From positions 8,251 to 72,250 of the IMG/VR virus record IMGVR_UViG_3300026088_000016: a stretch of DNA of 64,000 bases; one strand, 5' to 3'. Both the position numbers and the translations under genes were made by a program. Shown here in pieces: positions 26,480 through 38,259 of the stretch (position 1 is its first letter; each line of letters starts with the position of its first letter). Under the pieces are notes generated by a model, which saw only the letters and a list, made by a program, of their open reading frames with translations, did not search any database and was not told the DNA's origin. The stretch is from a virus (lineage: Duplodnaviria > Caudoviricetes).

Positions 26480-29400
26480 ATGCCCAACTCTGCCACATCG
26501 ACAGACCCCTTTGCGGGTCTGGAGGAAGTCAAAGCTCCGTCTTCGGCCGCTCCGGACGCATTCGCCGGACTCGAAGAGGTGAAGGCCCCGGAGGCGGACG
26601 CCTTCTCTGGCCTGAAGCCGGCGGACAATCTTGACTTGCAGGATGAGTCTTCACTTGCAGGAGACGACGCTTTTCGTCCCGCGCAGTTCATCGCAGAAAA
26701 TCCGGGTGTCGTCAATGAGCCGGACCGTTTCAAAAAGCTCATCAACGTCTATCGCCAGAAGCGGGTGACCGGTCTCAGCGCCGGCAAGGTTGCCGCGGCG
26801 GCGGTTCACGAAGCTCCCGGCGTCATCGCGAAGACAGTCAAGGGCGCAGGCCAGCTCATCAAGCGCGCGGTGGACATCGGTGTCCAGCCGGCCGCGAACG
26901 AAGTTCTCGGACTCGTCACCGGCACCAATATGGCGCCGCTCCGCGAGGAGACCCGCAAGGGACAACTCAAGGCAGCGGGTGAAATTGCCGCGGGCACTGA
27001 GCAAGCCGTCACAGGTCTCGCACAGCTCGGCGGGCAGGCCGCTCGAAAGCTTTTTGGCACCGCGCCGGACAAGCTTACGGACTCCGAGCTCTACGACCAG
27101 CTTCTGGTCGATTCCGAATTTCATAAGCAGACCAATCAGATTGCGCAGGGTAACAGTGACCTGTCGAAGTCGATTGGTCTCGACTCAGAGTTCCTGTCCA
27201 AGAACGGAGTCCAATTGGACCCGAAGGCGATTGAGAATCTCTCGCTGGTGGACCCGCTGACTCTGGTGGCGACCGCAGGTGTTTTCAAGGTGGTGGGGGT
27301 TGGAGGAAAAGTGATTGCTACCGCAGCGACCAAGCTGGGTGGAGAAGCAGTCATCAACGGTCTCAAGACGATTGCTGGAAAAAGTTTGCAAGCTGCCGGT
27401 CAGGTGGCCGCAGCGACCGGCAAGGTGATTCAGAAAGCTCCGCTCCGCACTCCAAGTGTGGCAGCGATTGGCGGAAGTCTGGCGACGGGGAATGTTCCCC
27501 ATGCAATCGCGGCGTCGGTTGTCCCCGCGGCGGTCCGCTTGGGCGGTCGCGCGCTCGAAGCCGGCGGACGAGTCGCGGCCGAAGTCGGTCAGGCGGCAGT
27601 TCCCGGGTTCATTGGTCCTCCGACCGCAGCAGCGGCGCGTCTCGCGCAGATTGCTGCCTCTCCGGCCGCTCAGGTGGTCAAAGGGGTGGCCAAGGGTGGC
27701 GCGGCTGGTGCGGCCCTCGCGGCTCCGTTAGCTCTCGCGGCCGACGAGAACCAGACGGCCGGCGCAATCCTCGGTGGTGGCGCAGCGCTTGGTGCAGTGG
27801 CCGGCGCGGCTCACGTTGGCGGAAAGATTGCCGGCAACGCCGTGGCCAACGTCGTGGCGAAGAAGTTTTTCGACCCGCACTCGATTCCTTTCGAGCCGGT
27901 TCAGTCCCCCGGCTACGGAGTGGACAAAGCATTGGATGCAACGCACGATGCGGCGATGCAGACCCTCTCAGCACCCGAGCAGAATGCTATCAATAATTTC
28001 CGGGAGGCTCTCCGCGCGCAAGGCGGCGAGATTTATGTGCAGGACCCGCAGGCTTATGCCGACCGGATTCGCCAAAGTCTTCAGGCTGAGAACGGCGGCG
28101 GTCCGCTGACCCCGGAGCAGGAAGCGAAAGCGACGGCGTATGCCGACACGCACGCGGAGTTCGACGGGTTCATCACGGACTCGAACGGCCAGCCGCGGCG
28201 AGTGGTCTTCCTCAACGGCGGCGCCAAGGGTCTCCCCCATGACGCGGGGCATCTTTTTCAGTCGCTGTTGGACCCACAGAAGCAGACGCAGCTTCGGGAT
28301 TCAGTTTTCCAGTCATACACGCCGGAGCAACTGAATGAGTTCGGCAAAGCCTACACGGACCGTCTCGGGGACCCGGAGTATTTCAACAAGCTCGGGGAAG
28401 AGGCCGGACGCAATAAGATTGCGGACGAAATCATCGCCGAGAACTTCAGCCAGTTGTTCGGGAATACCCCGCTCTCGGAGCTCAAGGGGCCCAAGTCATT
28501 CTTGGAGACCCTCGGACGCACTGCGGCGGAAGCCGGAGAATCCCTCGGTCTTGACCTGACTGGTGGTCGGACGACCCCAGACCTTCAGGCGACTCCTTCC
28601 ATCCGTCTCCAGAACGTGCTTCGGAATGCGTCCCGGGAAGTCCTGAACGCGCCGGCCACAAAGGAGAAGCTCACACTGACCAAGGCGACCGCGCCGGAGA
28701 AAGTTCCGACGGCCGCAGAGATTCCGGCAGTGTCCGCTAAACCAGACGCTATTCAACCGCCAGTGTCTGCTAAACCAGACGTTGCCGCAGAACGCGCGAA
28801 GGTCACGGGCATTGCTGAAGCCCGCGAGCTCACCAAGGATAACCCGGAGGCTTCGGCCACGGTGGATACCATTTCCAAGTCGATGGAGGCTGGGAATCCC
28901 GCGCTCAAGATTGAGCATCGGGGGATTACTTCCCAAGCCCCCGTCGGCCCACGCGGAGAAGCTCGTGGTCCTCGCCGCGGCACGCAGGAAGCCGGCTATG
29001 CCGAGTTGGAGCGGCTCCAGATTGAGAATCGTGCGAACGCGCCGGAGTCGGTCGTCTCGGTCCATGAGAAAACTTTTGTGCCGGTGCGTTGGGTGAATCA
29101 AGGTGGCAAGGCCACGCTCATCGCGATGTCGATGGACAAGATTCTCGGCAACATCCGGAAGATTACCGAAGAGGCCGCAGCGAAGAAGGCCGACAAACTC
29201 ATCCCCTACGAAAGCGTTGGTGGAGAACTCACGGAGAAGGGTTGGAATGAAGCTCTCGCCGATGTTAAGACGTATGCGGAAAATCAGTCTAATGGGTATC
29301 GTGGTGATGGGGCTCGTCTTGTCCGACCTAGCGATGAGGCCGGTGTCAGCATCCCGGCGGAGAATCCGAACTACACTCCGAAAACTCTCGGGGAAGCTCA

Positions 29401-32400
29401 GGCGAATTTCGCGAATCTCGTCCAAGGAATCGCACCGCCACAGACCGCGCGAATGGTCAAAGGACAAGTTCCCGGCAACGTCAAGGCGCAGCTCGTCGCA
29501 GAGGTAAACCAACGGGTCCCGCAGCCGGTCGCGAAGATTTCCCCCAAGGACATCACCAAGCAGACTTTTGGAAAGCCGTTCGAGGGACGCACCGTCAAAG
29601 AGACGAACCCCCTCCGCAATGAACTTTCGAGCAAGGGCGTCAACGTCCGGGCGCTGACCGAAGCGACGGAACGATTCGCCGCGCAAGACATCGCAAGTGT
29701 TGGCGAGGCCGCGCCAGAAGCGCAGATGAAGGCGCCCGTGACTGATGTCATCCGCGGGGGATTCCTCCCGGCCGGAAAGACGGTGGAACAGTTTGGGAAA
29801 GAAATTATCAGCCAGAGCGGAGATGACTGGCTGAAGACGGCGCAAAGTTTCAAAGGTGGGCTCACTCCAGAGGCGTATCGCCTTGGGCTCGGTCTCACTG
29901 ATGTCGCGGACGTGAAACGTCTGACGGACCTTCGAGATGAAGCGTTGGCGAAATATCGGGAAGAGATTACGGCGGGACGCGCGGAGGAGGCTTATCCGTG
30001 GACCACCAAGGCTCAATTTTTCTCGGAGGCCCTCGGAGCGGCAACAGATACTGGTAGCGCGGCCAATCCTCGGGTTGGATGGCGTCGAGTCATGCCAGAT
30101 GCGAAGGCCCCATTCCCGCAAGGGAAGGCCGAGCCCCGGCTCGAACAACTCCGCCCGGAACGTCTTTTCCTCCCCGCGGCGGACATTGAGAAAAGTTTGG
30201 ACCCAATCAAGCGCGCGGCGATTCGGACCCGTAGTGGAAAGATTTACGAGGGCTCGTGGCACGGTGAAGCCTACACCGAGTTTGCCGACGCGATTGCGCG
30301 CGGTGAAGCGAACGAGAAGCTCCCGCCGGGATTCTCCAGTCTGACTGACTTGCTGGACTCCGTCATGTCCGGCGACCTTGCTGCCGAAGGCGTGAAAGAT
30401 TTTGTCGAGGACGGTTTCGTGACCGAGAAGGGAAAGTTCCTGAATCGGGCGCAGGCGCTCGACCACGCGGAGAAGATTGGACAGTTGAAGGCTGGAGCTC
30501 CAGCAGAGAAGAACTCTGCGCGTGGCGAAGGCGTTCTGGAGTCGGCTGAGTTTGAGAACGAGCGGTCATTTCTCCCCAAGGGTGACAAGCCGATTCGTGA
30601 CCTTGCGTCCGAATACGCGAAGACTGCAAAGATTCCCTACACCCCGCACGAGACCTACACTCCGCTGAATCCCAAGCTCGGGGAGAAGCTGGCGGATTTC
30701 TACGACTCGGCGAAGTCAGACCCGACTGACCCGGCGGTCCAGAAGTCGTATCGCGCGCTGGCTGACGAGACCCTCGCACAATACAAGGCGATGACGGACG
30801 CGGGCTACACCATCGAACCGTTCAAGGGCGAAGGCGAGCCTTACAAGAACAGCGATGAGGCGATTGCGGACATCCGGGACAACAAGCACCTCTATTTTCT
30901 CCAGACCGAGAAGACGTATGGGGCGGAAGGCGAGGCGAAGACCTCGGCTAATCCCATGCTCGCGGACTCTGGAATCAAGATTGATGGACAGAAGCTTTTG
31001 GTGAACGACGTGTTCCGCGCCGTCCACGACTTTTTTGGTCACGGTAAAGAGGGCTATCAGTTTGGCCCCCGCGGCGAGTTCAACGCTTGGCGCGCTCACT
31101 CCGAGATGTTCTCTCCTGAAGCGCAGGGCGCGCTTGCCGCAGAGACGCTGGCCCAGAACTCATGGGTGAACTTCGGTAAGCAGGTCCGCGGAAAAGAACT
31201 CGCACTTAAGGACCGCCCGTTCGCAGAGCAGAAGGCCATCATCGTCCCGGATGAACTCATTCAGGAAGCGAAGAACCGGAATGCGGGGGAGATGAAGTTT
31301 CTCCCCTCGAAGGAGCCCCGGGCGATTAAGGACGCCGCGGTCCAAGACCCGGAGACGGGGAAGATTTACACAGGCCGGTATCACCTCGCGGCGTTCGATG
31401 AAGCCTCGAAAGCCGGGTTGCCGGAGAAGACACTCGAAAGGCTGGTTGATGGATTCGTCACTAATGAGGGGGAATTTCTAAATCGGGAGGATTCTTTTTC
31501 CCGGGCGGTGGAGTTGAAGCAAATTACCCCGGATGATTACCGGGAGCAGATTCAGGCATACAAGGACGAAGGAGTGCCAGTGGCGGACGTGCCGTCATCC
31601 TTGGAGAACACTCTCTTCAACGATGTCCGTTCTGACCAACGAAAAGCGTTCTTGCCCCGCAAGAAAGCCGGCGGCAAGGTGAATCCCGAAGACCTCACCA
31701 AGCGTGATGAGCAAGGTCGCCCGCTCACGCGCGGTGGACTCGTGGATTACACGAAGCTCTACGCGGAGAAGTCGAAGAAGGCCAAGGAGCAGGAAGCGGC
31801 CGACCTAGCGTCGATTCCGAAGAAATACTCGGTGTCGGAGAAGATGGAACCGCCCAAGGGTTCTCTCACCGGATGGGTGTTGCCGAATGATGAGTTCGTT
31901 CCACTTGATACTGCATATCACGAAGATTTTCTCGCTAAGAACTCGGAGCAGTTGAACAAGGAGTTCGGAACGAATCTGTCTTCAAAAGCGAACCCGGAGG
32001 AACGTCTGGGTGCGCTCCAAAAAGGTTTCGTCCGCGTGCGTTACACGCCAAATGACGGAACCGTCCGCATTGAAGCTGCCGCGAACAACTGGACTCCCAA
32101 AGTCCAGAAATCAATTCTCGACAAGCTGGAAGAGCATGAGAATTCTATCGCCCGCGTTTATGCGGCCGTGATGGATTCCAAGGGCAATGTTGTGGACTCG
32201 GTCTCAGAACGGGTGGCAGAGCTGGACGGGCCTGAACGAATCGCGGCGATGAAAGACGCGCTGTCGCAGCTCAAAGGCGCAACGACGGAACGCCCGAAAG
32301 GTGTTGGTCCGACCGACATCCAGCGCGCACGCGCGATGGGCCAGACCCGGGAGCCACAGTTTCTTCCGAAGCCCGGCACCAAAGAGTTCAACGACTACGT

Positions 32401-33754
32401 GGACGCGCGCATCAAGGACAGCAAGAAGTTTCCGGAAGCGCTCCCACTCGAATTTCGCAAGGACGAGTCCGGGGATTACCGCACCGGATTCAATGGCGAC
32501 GTTCTGCCCGTCTCCAAGGACTACGACCTCGCTGGCACTCCGCTCGCGAAGAAGTCCAAAGGCAAGACGCCAGAGCAGACCGAAGACAATTTCACCAGCG
32601 CACTCGCCAAGGGGCTGGAGAAGGAATACACGGAGGCCAAGAAGAACCCGTCCATCAAAGCTGGAGAGACGTGGTATAGCGTCTGCCGTGAGAAACTTCA
32701 GGCCCTTCTCGGTGAGGACACCAAGATGTTCGCGGAGCTTCTCGGCGCAACGTCGCCGCAGACCAACGTCGATGCCAACTTCGCCTTCGCACTCGACGCC
32801 TACAATCAATTCAAGCGGGGCGCCTACGACAAGATGCTGGAGAAGTATCGCGAGGGCAAAACCAAATTCAAGACGGGTGACTTGGATGAGTTCATTTCTG
32901 AGACCGGCAAGAAAGGCGCAAAAGCGACCTACGACGCCTTCATGTATTGGTGGGCCGAGAAGAACAATCTCGTTCCCACTCAGAGCAACGGGAAACGATT
33001 CGGGATGAACTCCCGCGCGGTCCTTCGTGTGCTCGACGGCTCATGGCTGGAGAACGTGAAAGGTCCCAAGACCCCGAACTTCACCGGCAACCTGACGGGC
33101 TCATCCTTCGAGGCGACAATCGACGTCTGGGCCATGCGGACCCTGCACCGGCTGGCGAATGAGGGCAACCCCAAACGCTGGCGGATTCAATCCGGCAACG
33201 AGACCGGGGTGACGGACTCCGACTTTTTCACCGGGCAGAAAGCTTTTCGTAAGGCGGCGGAAAAACTGGGTCTCCAGCCGGATGCGCTTCAGGCGATTCT
33301 CTGGTTCAACGAGAAGGACCTTTGGGAGAAGAACGGCTGGACGTCATCGGTCGGAAAGAAGAAATCCGACTACAACGTGTTGCTCCAAGCGACCGAGAAG
33401 ACGCCTGAGGGGTTGCTGAAGAAAGTTGACAAACAGCTCTCTTTCGACGACCGTTCTTTCTTGCCTATGAAAAAGAAAGACTACAAAACTGCGGTGGAGA
33501 AGGCCGGATTTGAATTTCGAGACTGGCTCGACATCCTGCCTAACGGACATGTTCTGTCGAACCCAGTTCCTCTGGTTCAGGTCCCCCGGGATGCCAAACC
33601 CCCGCCGGGATTCACTTTTCAGTGGTCCACGATTTTCTACGTCGAGGGTCACGACCATCCTAAAGGGACAAAGATTGTCGCAATGGTTGCGGCGCCGGCA
33701 GAGAAGTCGGTTGACAAGTCGGTGTCTCCCGGCGATATTGAAGGGAAAAAGTAA
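26480..33754 (+). CDS. giant modular ejection / polyvalent protein (2424 aa)
   Basis: N-terminal FAGLEE repeats, Ala/Gly-rich segment, HDAGH...EIIAE peptidase-like region, seven FLP-delimited C-terminal modules. Confidence 0.8.
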   Translation: MPNSATSTDPFAGLEEVKAPSSAAPDAFAGLEEVKAPEADAFSGLKPADNLDLQDESSLAGDDAFRPAQFIAENPGVVNEPDRFKKLINVYRQKRVTGLSAGKVAAAAVHEAPGVIAKTVKGAGQLIKRAVDIGVQPAANEVLGLVTGTNMAPLREETRKGQLKAAGEIAAGTEQAVTGLAQLGGQAARKLFGTAPDKLTDSELYDQLLVDSEFHKQTNQIAQGNSDLSKSIGLDSEFLSKNGVQLDPKAIENLSLVDPLTLVATAGVFKVVGVGGKVIATAATKLGGEAVINGLKTIAGKSLQAAGQVAAATGKVIQKAPLRTPSVAAIGGSLATGNVPHAIAASVVPAAVRLGGRALEAGGRVAAEVGQAAVPGFIGPPTAAAARLAQIAASPAAQVVKGVAKGGAAGAALAAPLALAADENQTAGAILGGGAALGAVAGAAHVGGKIAGNAVANVVAKKFFDPHSIPFEPVQSPGYGVDKALDATHDAAMQTLSAPEQNAINNFREALRAQGGEIYVQDPQAYADRIRQSLQAENGGGPLTPEQEAKATAYADTHAEFDGFITDSNGQPRRVVFLNGGAKGLPHDAGHLFQSLLDPQKQTQLRDSVFQSYTPEQLNEFGKAYTDRLGDPEYFNKLGEEAGRNKIADEIIAENFSQLFGNTPLSELKGPKSFLETLGRTAAEAGESLGLDLTGGRTTPDLQATPSIRLQNVLRNASREVLNAPATKEKLTLTKATAPEKVPTAAEIPAVSAKPDAIQPPVSAKPDVAAERAKVTGIAEARELTKDNPEASATVDTISKSMEAGNPALKIEHRGITSQAPVGPRGEARGPRRGTQEAGYAELERLQIENRANAPESVVSVHEKTFVPVRWVNQGGKATLIAMSMDKILGNIRKITEEAAAKKADKLIPYESVGGELTEKGWNEALADVKTYAENQSNGYRGDGARLVRPSDEAGVSIPAENPNYTPKTLGEAQANFANLVQGIAPPQTARMVKGQVPGNVKAQLVAEVNQRVPQPVAKISPKDITKQTFGKPFEGRTVKETNPLRNELSSKGVNVRALTEATERFAAQDIASVGEAAPEAQMKAPVTDVIRGGFLPAGKTVEQFGKEIISQSGDDWLKTAQSFKGGLTPEAYRLGLGLTDVADVKRLTDLRDEALAKYREEITAGRAEEAYPWTTKAQFFSEALGAATDTGSAANPRVGWRRVMPDAKAPFPQGKAEPRLEQLRPERLFLPAADIEKSLDPIKRAAIRTRSGKIYEGSWHGEAYTEFADAIARGEANEKLPPGFSSLTDLLDSVMSGDLAAEGVKDFVEDGFVTEKGKFLNRAQALDHAEKIGQLKAGAPAEKNSARGEGVLESAEFENERSFLPKGDKPIRDLASEYAKTAKIPYTPHETYTPLNPKLGEKLADFYDSAKSDPTDPAVQKSYRALADETLAQYKAMTDAGYTIEPFKGEGEPYKNSDEAIADIRDNKHLYFLQTEKTYGAEGEAKTSANPMLADSGIKIDGQKLLVNDVFRAVHDFFGHGKEGYQFGPRGEFNAWRAHSEMFSPEAQGALAAETLAQNSWVNFGKQVRGKELALKDRPFAEQKAIIVPDELIQEAKNRNAGEMKFLPSKEPRAIKDAAVQDPETGKIYTGRYHLAAFDEASKAGLPEKTLERLVDGFVTNEGEFLNREDSFSRAVELKQITPDDYREQIQAYKDEGVPVADVPSSLENTLFNDVRSDQRKAFLPRKKAGGKVNPEDLTKRDEQGRPLTRGGLVDYTKLYAEKSKKAKEQEAADLASIPKKYSVSEKMEPPKGSLTGWVLPNDEFVPLDTAYHEDFLAKNSEQLNKEFGTNLSSKANPEERLGALQKGFVRVRYTPNDGTVRIEAAANNWTPKVQKSILDKLEEHENSIARVYAAVMDSKGNVVDSVSERVAELDGPERIAAMKDALSQLKGATTERPKGVGPTDIQRARAMGQTREPQFLPKPGTKEFNDYVDARIKDSKKFPEALPLEFRKDESGDYRTGFNGDVLPVSKDYDLAGTPLAKKSKGKTPEQTEDNFTSALAKGLEKEYTEAKKNPSIKAGETWYSVCREKLQALLGEDTKMFAELLGATSPQTNVDANFAFALDAYNQFKRGAYDKMLEKYREGKTKFKTGDLDEFISETGKKGAKATYDAFMYWWAEKNNLVPTQSNGKRFGMNSRAVLRVLDGSWLENVKGPKTPNFTGNLTGSSFEATIDVWAMRTLHRLANEGNPKRWRIQSGNETGVTDSDFFTGQKAFRKAAEKLGLQPDALQAILWFNEKDLWEKNGWTSSVGKKKSDYNVLLQATEKTPEGLLKKVDKQLSFDDRSFLPMKKKDYKTAVEKAGFEFRDWLDILPNGHVLSNPVPLVQVPRDAKPPPGFTFQWSTIFYVEGHDHPKGTKIVAMVAAPAEKSVDKSVSPGDIEGKK
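33711..33739 (+). promoter_or_regulatory. promoter inside 3' end of giant gene
   Basis: TTGACA-17-GATATT upstream of ATG 33758. Confidence 0.5.
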
Positions 33755-33757
33755 CCT

Positions 33758-33931
33758 ATGAACAAGAACTTCAAGCCCCTCAAAATCGAAGATTTCAAGC
33801 TCACTCCTGAGCAAAAGAAGACCCTCGTGTCCGGCTCGCAGACGTTTCTGCCCCCGGCGGACGAGGACGGTGAACCACTGGCCACCGAGCCGGATACGCA
33901 AAACCAATCTCATGCCCCAAGTAAGCCCTGA
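33758..33931 (+). CDS. 57-aa hypothetical protein containing QTFLPP
   Basis: MNKNFKPLKIEDFKLTPEQKKTLVSGSQTFLPPADE...SKP*; below ORF-track cutoff. Confidence 0.55.
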   Translation: MNKNFKPLKIEDFKLTPEQKKTLVSGSQTFLPPADEDGEPLATEPDTQNQSHAPSKP

Positions 33932-34526
33932 AGACCTCGTCCCCGCTGCGGCGGGTGAAACACCGTCCCCCGAGCCCGCCGCGGCTCCTGCACCAGAAGC
34001 GGCACCCAAGGAATCCCCCGCCAGTGATGAGTTGCCAGATGAGCTCTTGAAAGAGGCTCCGGCACTCCAATTGCTTCTCCAAGGCGCCCCTCCGGCCACC
34101 ATCGCCCCCAAGGATGCCGAATACCCTGAGCTGAAGGTTGTTGCGAAGCATCTCAAGGACCTCGGCAAGGCCGGCTTCGGCGTCTATCCGACGGCCGACG
34201 GAGCTAACATCGTCTTCTTCAACGGGTTGTATGTGACCCCCGAGGACGTTGCTGCGGCCGACAAGGCCGGCACGCTCGACCAGATTGCCGTTCCCTACGA
34301 CGAGCTACGTGGCGCGCTGGGCGCACAGGATGGCACCGCCAGCGCGTCGGGAGCAGCTTCCGCGCCGGTTACACCCCCGCAGGCCGCGGGCGCTCCTCCG
34401 AACGCCTCCACGGAGAACAAACTCGCTTCTGCGCGCATCAAGAACACCTCCGTCGGTGCGCCGACATCCGGGCCAGTCCCGGGCCAAGGCCGAATCCTCA
34501 ACAACATCCTCAAACCGGTCGTGTAG
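33912..34526 (+). CDS. hypothetical Pro/Ala-rich virion-associated protein
   Basis: ORF; start at MPQVSPED. Confidence 0.6.
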   Translation: MPQVSPEDLVPAAAGETPSPEPAAAPAPEAAPKESPASDELPDELLKEAPALQLLLQGAPPATIAPKDAEYPELKVVAKHLKDLGKAGFGVYPTADGANIVFFNGLYVTPEDVAAADKAGTLDQIAVPYDELRGALGAQDGTASASGAASAPVTPPQAAGAPPNASTENKLASARIKNTSVGAPTSGPVPGQGRILNNILKPVV

Positions 34527-34538
34527 TTCAAGCCATGC

Positions 34539-34750
34539 TTGAACTACGGCGACGGAACTAATCAAATGCCACTCAATGACCCCTCCGACCCGATGCCCGG
34601 CGGACAGCAAGATTACAGCCCCGAGTTCGACGAAGAAAATCGTCGCCGGCAGCAGATGGAAAACCAGCCGACTCCGCACAACGGCCACGATGAAGAGGCC
34701 GACCGAATCCGCCGACTCAACGGCGGCAGTGGAATCGGAGGCGAAATCTA

Positions 34751-34751
<1 letters not shown>
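34539..34751 (+). CDS. hypothetical protein
   Basis: ORF with TAATG coupling to fibre gene. Confidence 0.5.
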
Positions 34752-36448
<1,697 letters not shown>

Positions 36449-37703
36449 GCTCTTACTGGACCAGCCGTCTCCCCAGAGGAGCGCGAGCCGGTCGAAGTAA
36501 GCCTGATACTGGTGCTTCACGGTCCTAATCGAATACTTCTCAACAGCTCGACTCCTGATGTAAAAGGGGTCGAGCTTTTTTACGTCCTCGATGGCTTGCA
36601 TGAACTCACCAAGGTAGTGACAACGAAAACCCGTGCGGCCTTGCTCCACCGTCTCGGTGAAACCGCCCCACGGCGTTGAGATGACGGGTGTGCCGCAAAG
36701 CTGGGCTTCGACCGCAACTTGGTTGAACGGTTCGATGTAAACCGTCGGAGTCAGGACCGCCCGGGCGCGCGACATCCAGTCGTTGCGCGTCTTCATGTCG
36801 AGCGCGCCGAGATACTCGGCCCCGTGAGTCACCAAAGACTTGTCACCGTGCCCGATGATTTTCAACGGAACCCCCGCGGCATCCGCAGCCCGGCAGGCAA
36901 TCTCCAGACCTTTTCTGGGCGTGAGCCGGCCAACGTAGAGCAAAAAATCTCCCCGCTCATTCCAGTGCCGAAAAGGAAACTCAAATTCGTCGTAGAAGCA
37001 GGGGATGACGGTGTCGAAGAATCGTCCGTTCGGGATTTGCTGTGCGCCGTAGCAGACGTGCTTCCACGCTTCGCTCTCGAACACCCGGTAGGGACCAAAA
37101 GAGCCGTTGTAGCCGATGGAATACTCGACGAACATCAAGTCCGGATGCGCGTCAGCGACGGGCTTCTGGGAGGAGCCTCCGATGCTGCAAATGAAGTCCC
37201 GCGGCTGCTTGCGCTTGGCGATTTCCTTGGCCATGCGCGCGTTGGCGAGCTGCCACAACGGGGACCACTCTTCCACGTAGGCATATTGGTAGGGCGTCGG
37301 CTCCGGCTCACCCTTCGCATTTTTTGTGCTGTTGAGCAGGGTCTCCTGTTCTTCCTTTCGGACGACTGTCACCAGCTCATCGCAGGGCGCCTCATTCTGT
37401 TCGGAGGCATAGAGGATGACTTCGTGGCCGAGCTGCTTCAGCAACTCGGCAAAGCGGATGGTGGCGACGCAGAACCCGCAGAGCGAATACGCGCGGGTGG
37501 TCTGGACGTTAGGAAGGGCCAGCAGGTGGATTCGATATTTGTTCATTGGAGTCCAATCGCGAGCCCGAAGACCCGGATTCCGTATTGCCAGTGGAAGAAG
37601 GCCCAGCTTCCGGGACCGACATGACGGGGGCAGCAATAGGCGATTTCAATCCAGCCGATGTGGATGGTCCAGACCGGACCATATTTCTGGTTCAATCGAA
37701 GTT

Positions 37704-37940
37704 TCACGAGCGCACCCCCAAGTCTCGAAGGTCCTCGGCCGAATAGACCCCCGTCAAGGTGTTGGGTGCGTCGTATTCGGTCTCGAAGTCCACGGCGACG
37801 GTCCGGGGCTTCTTCACCCTCCGGCCTTTCTCCGCGTCCTTGGCGTGACCGGTTGGATTGTTGAGTTGCTTGGCGAGACGGCGGGCTTTGGCCACTTCCA
37901 TCACGCTGTTCATTCGCTGGATTGTTGCTAAGTTAAACAT
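37704..37940 (-). CDS. hypothetical protein
   Basis: ORF preceded by TTGCAA-16-GATAGT-5nt-ATG. Confidence 0.55.
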   Translation of the reverse strand: MFNLATIQRMNSVMEVAKARRLAKQLNNPTGHAKDAEKGRRVKKPRTVAVDFETEYDAPNTLTGVYSAEDLRDLGVRS

Positions 37941-38259
37941 AGCTCACTATCGCACGGTCCGCGTGGATTGCAACCCTCTTTCGACGAATTTTTTCAAACC
38001 GGGAGATGAGCCCGGGGTCTTGGGATTCCGTTACGGACTCCCACAGTTCCTCGAACTGAAAACCCTCTTTGTCAGAGAGTTCCGTGCGGAGCAGAACGCA
38101 GTCCAAGCAGGTCTTGAACCTCATCGGCTCGCCGTCCCAGACTCCAGAGATGCGCTCATACTTTTCCCCGGGACGAATCTCTCCGCGGCACTCGCAACAA
38201 CGGTGCCGCTTCCGGGCGACCGGCGTCACGGTGCTACAACATTCAGGTCCGTCAATCAT
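37933..38259 (-). CDS. phage Zn-finger protein
   Basis: [17 protein letters not shown]...CLDC. Confidence 0.7.
   Translation of the reverse strand: MIDGPECCSTVTPVARKRHRCCECRGEIRPGEKYERISGVWDGEPMRFKTCLDCVLLRTELSDKEGFQFEELWESVTESQDPGLISRFEKIRRKRVAIHADRAIVSYV

Noticed and set aside
28496-30466. Long antisense ORFs (also 8624-10138, 15602-16978, 50908-52287)
   Set aside because: Shadows of strongly biased GC-rich genes on the opposite strand; no motifs and Arg/Leu-skewed composition.
26480-33754. Tape measure protein
   Set aside because: Globular enzyme-like modules, follows ejection genes, and no tail tube or assembly chaperone genes are present.
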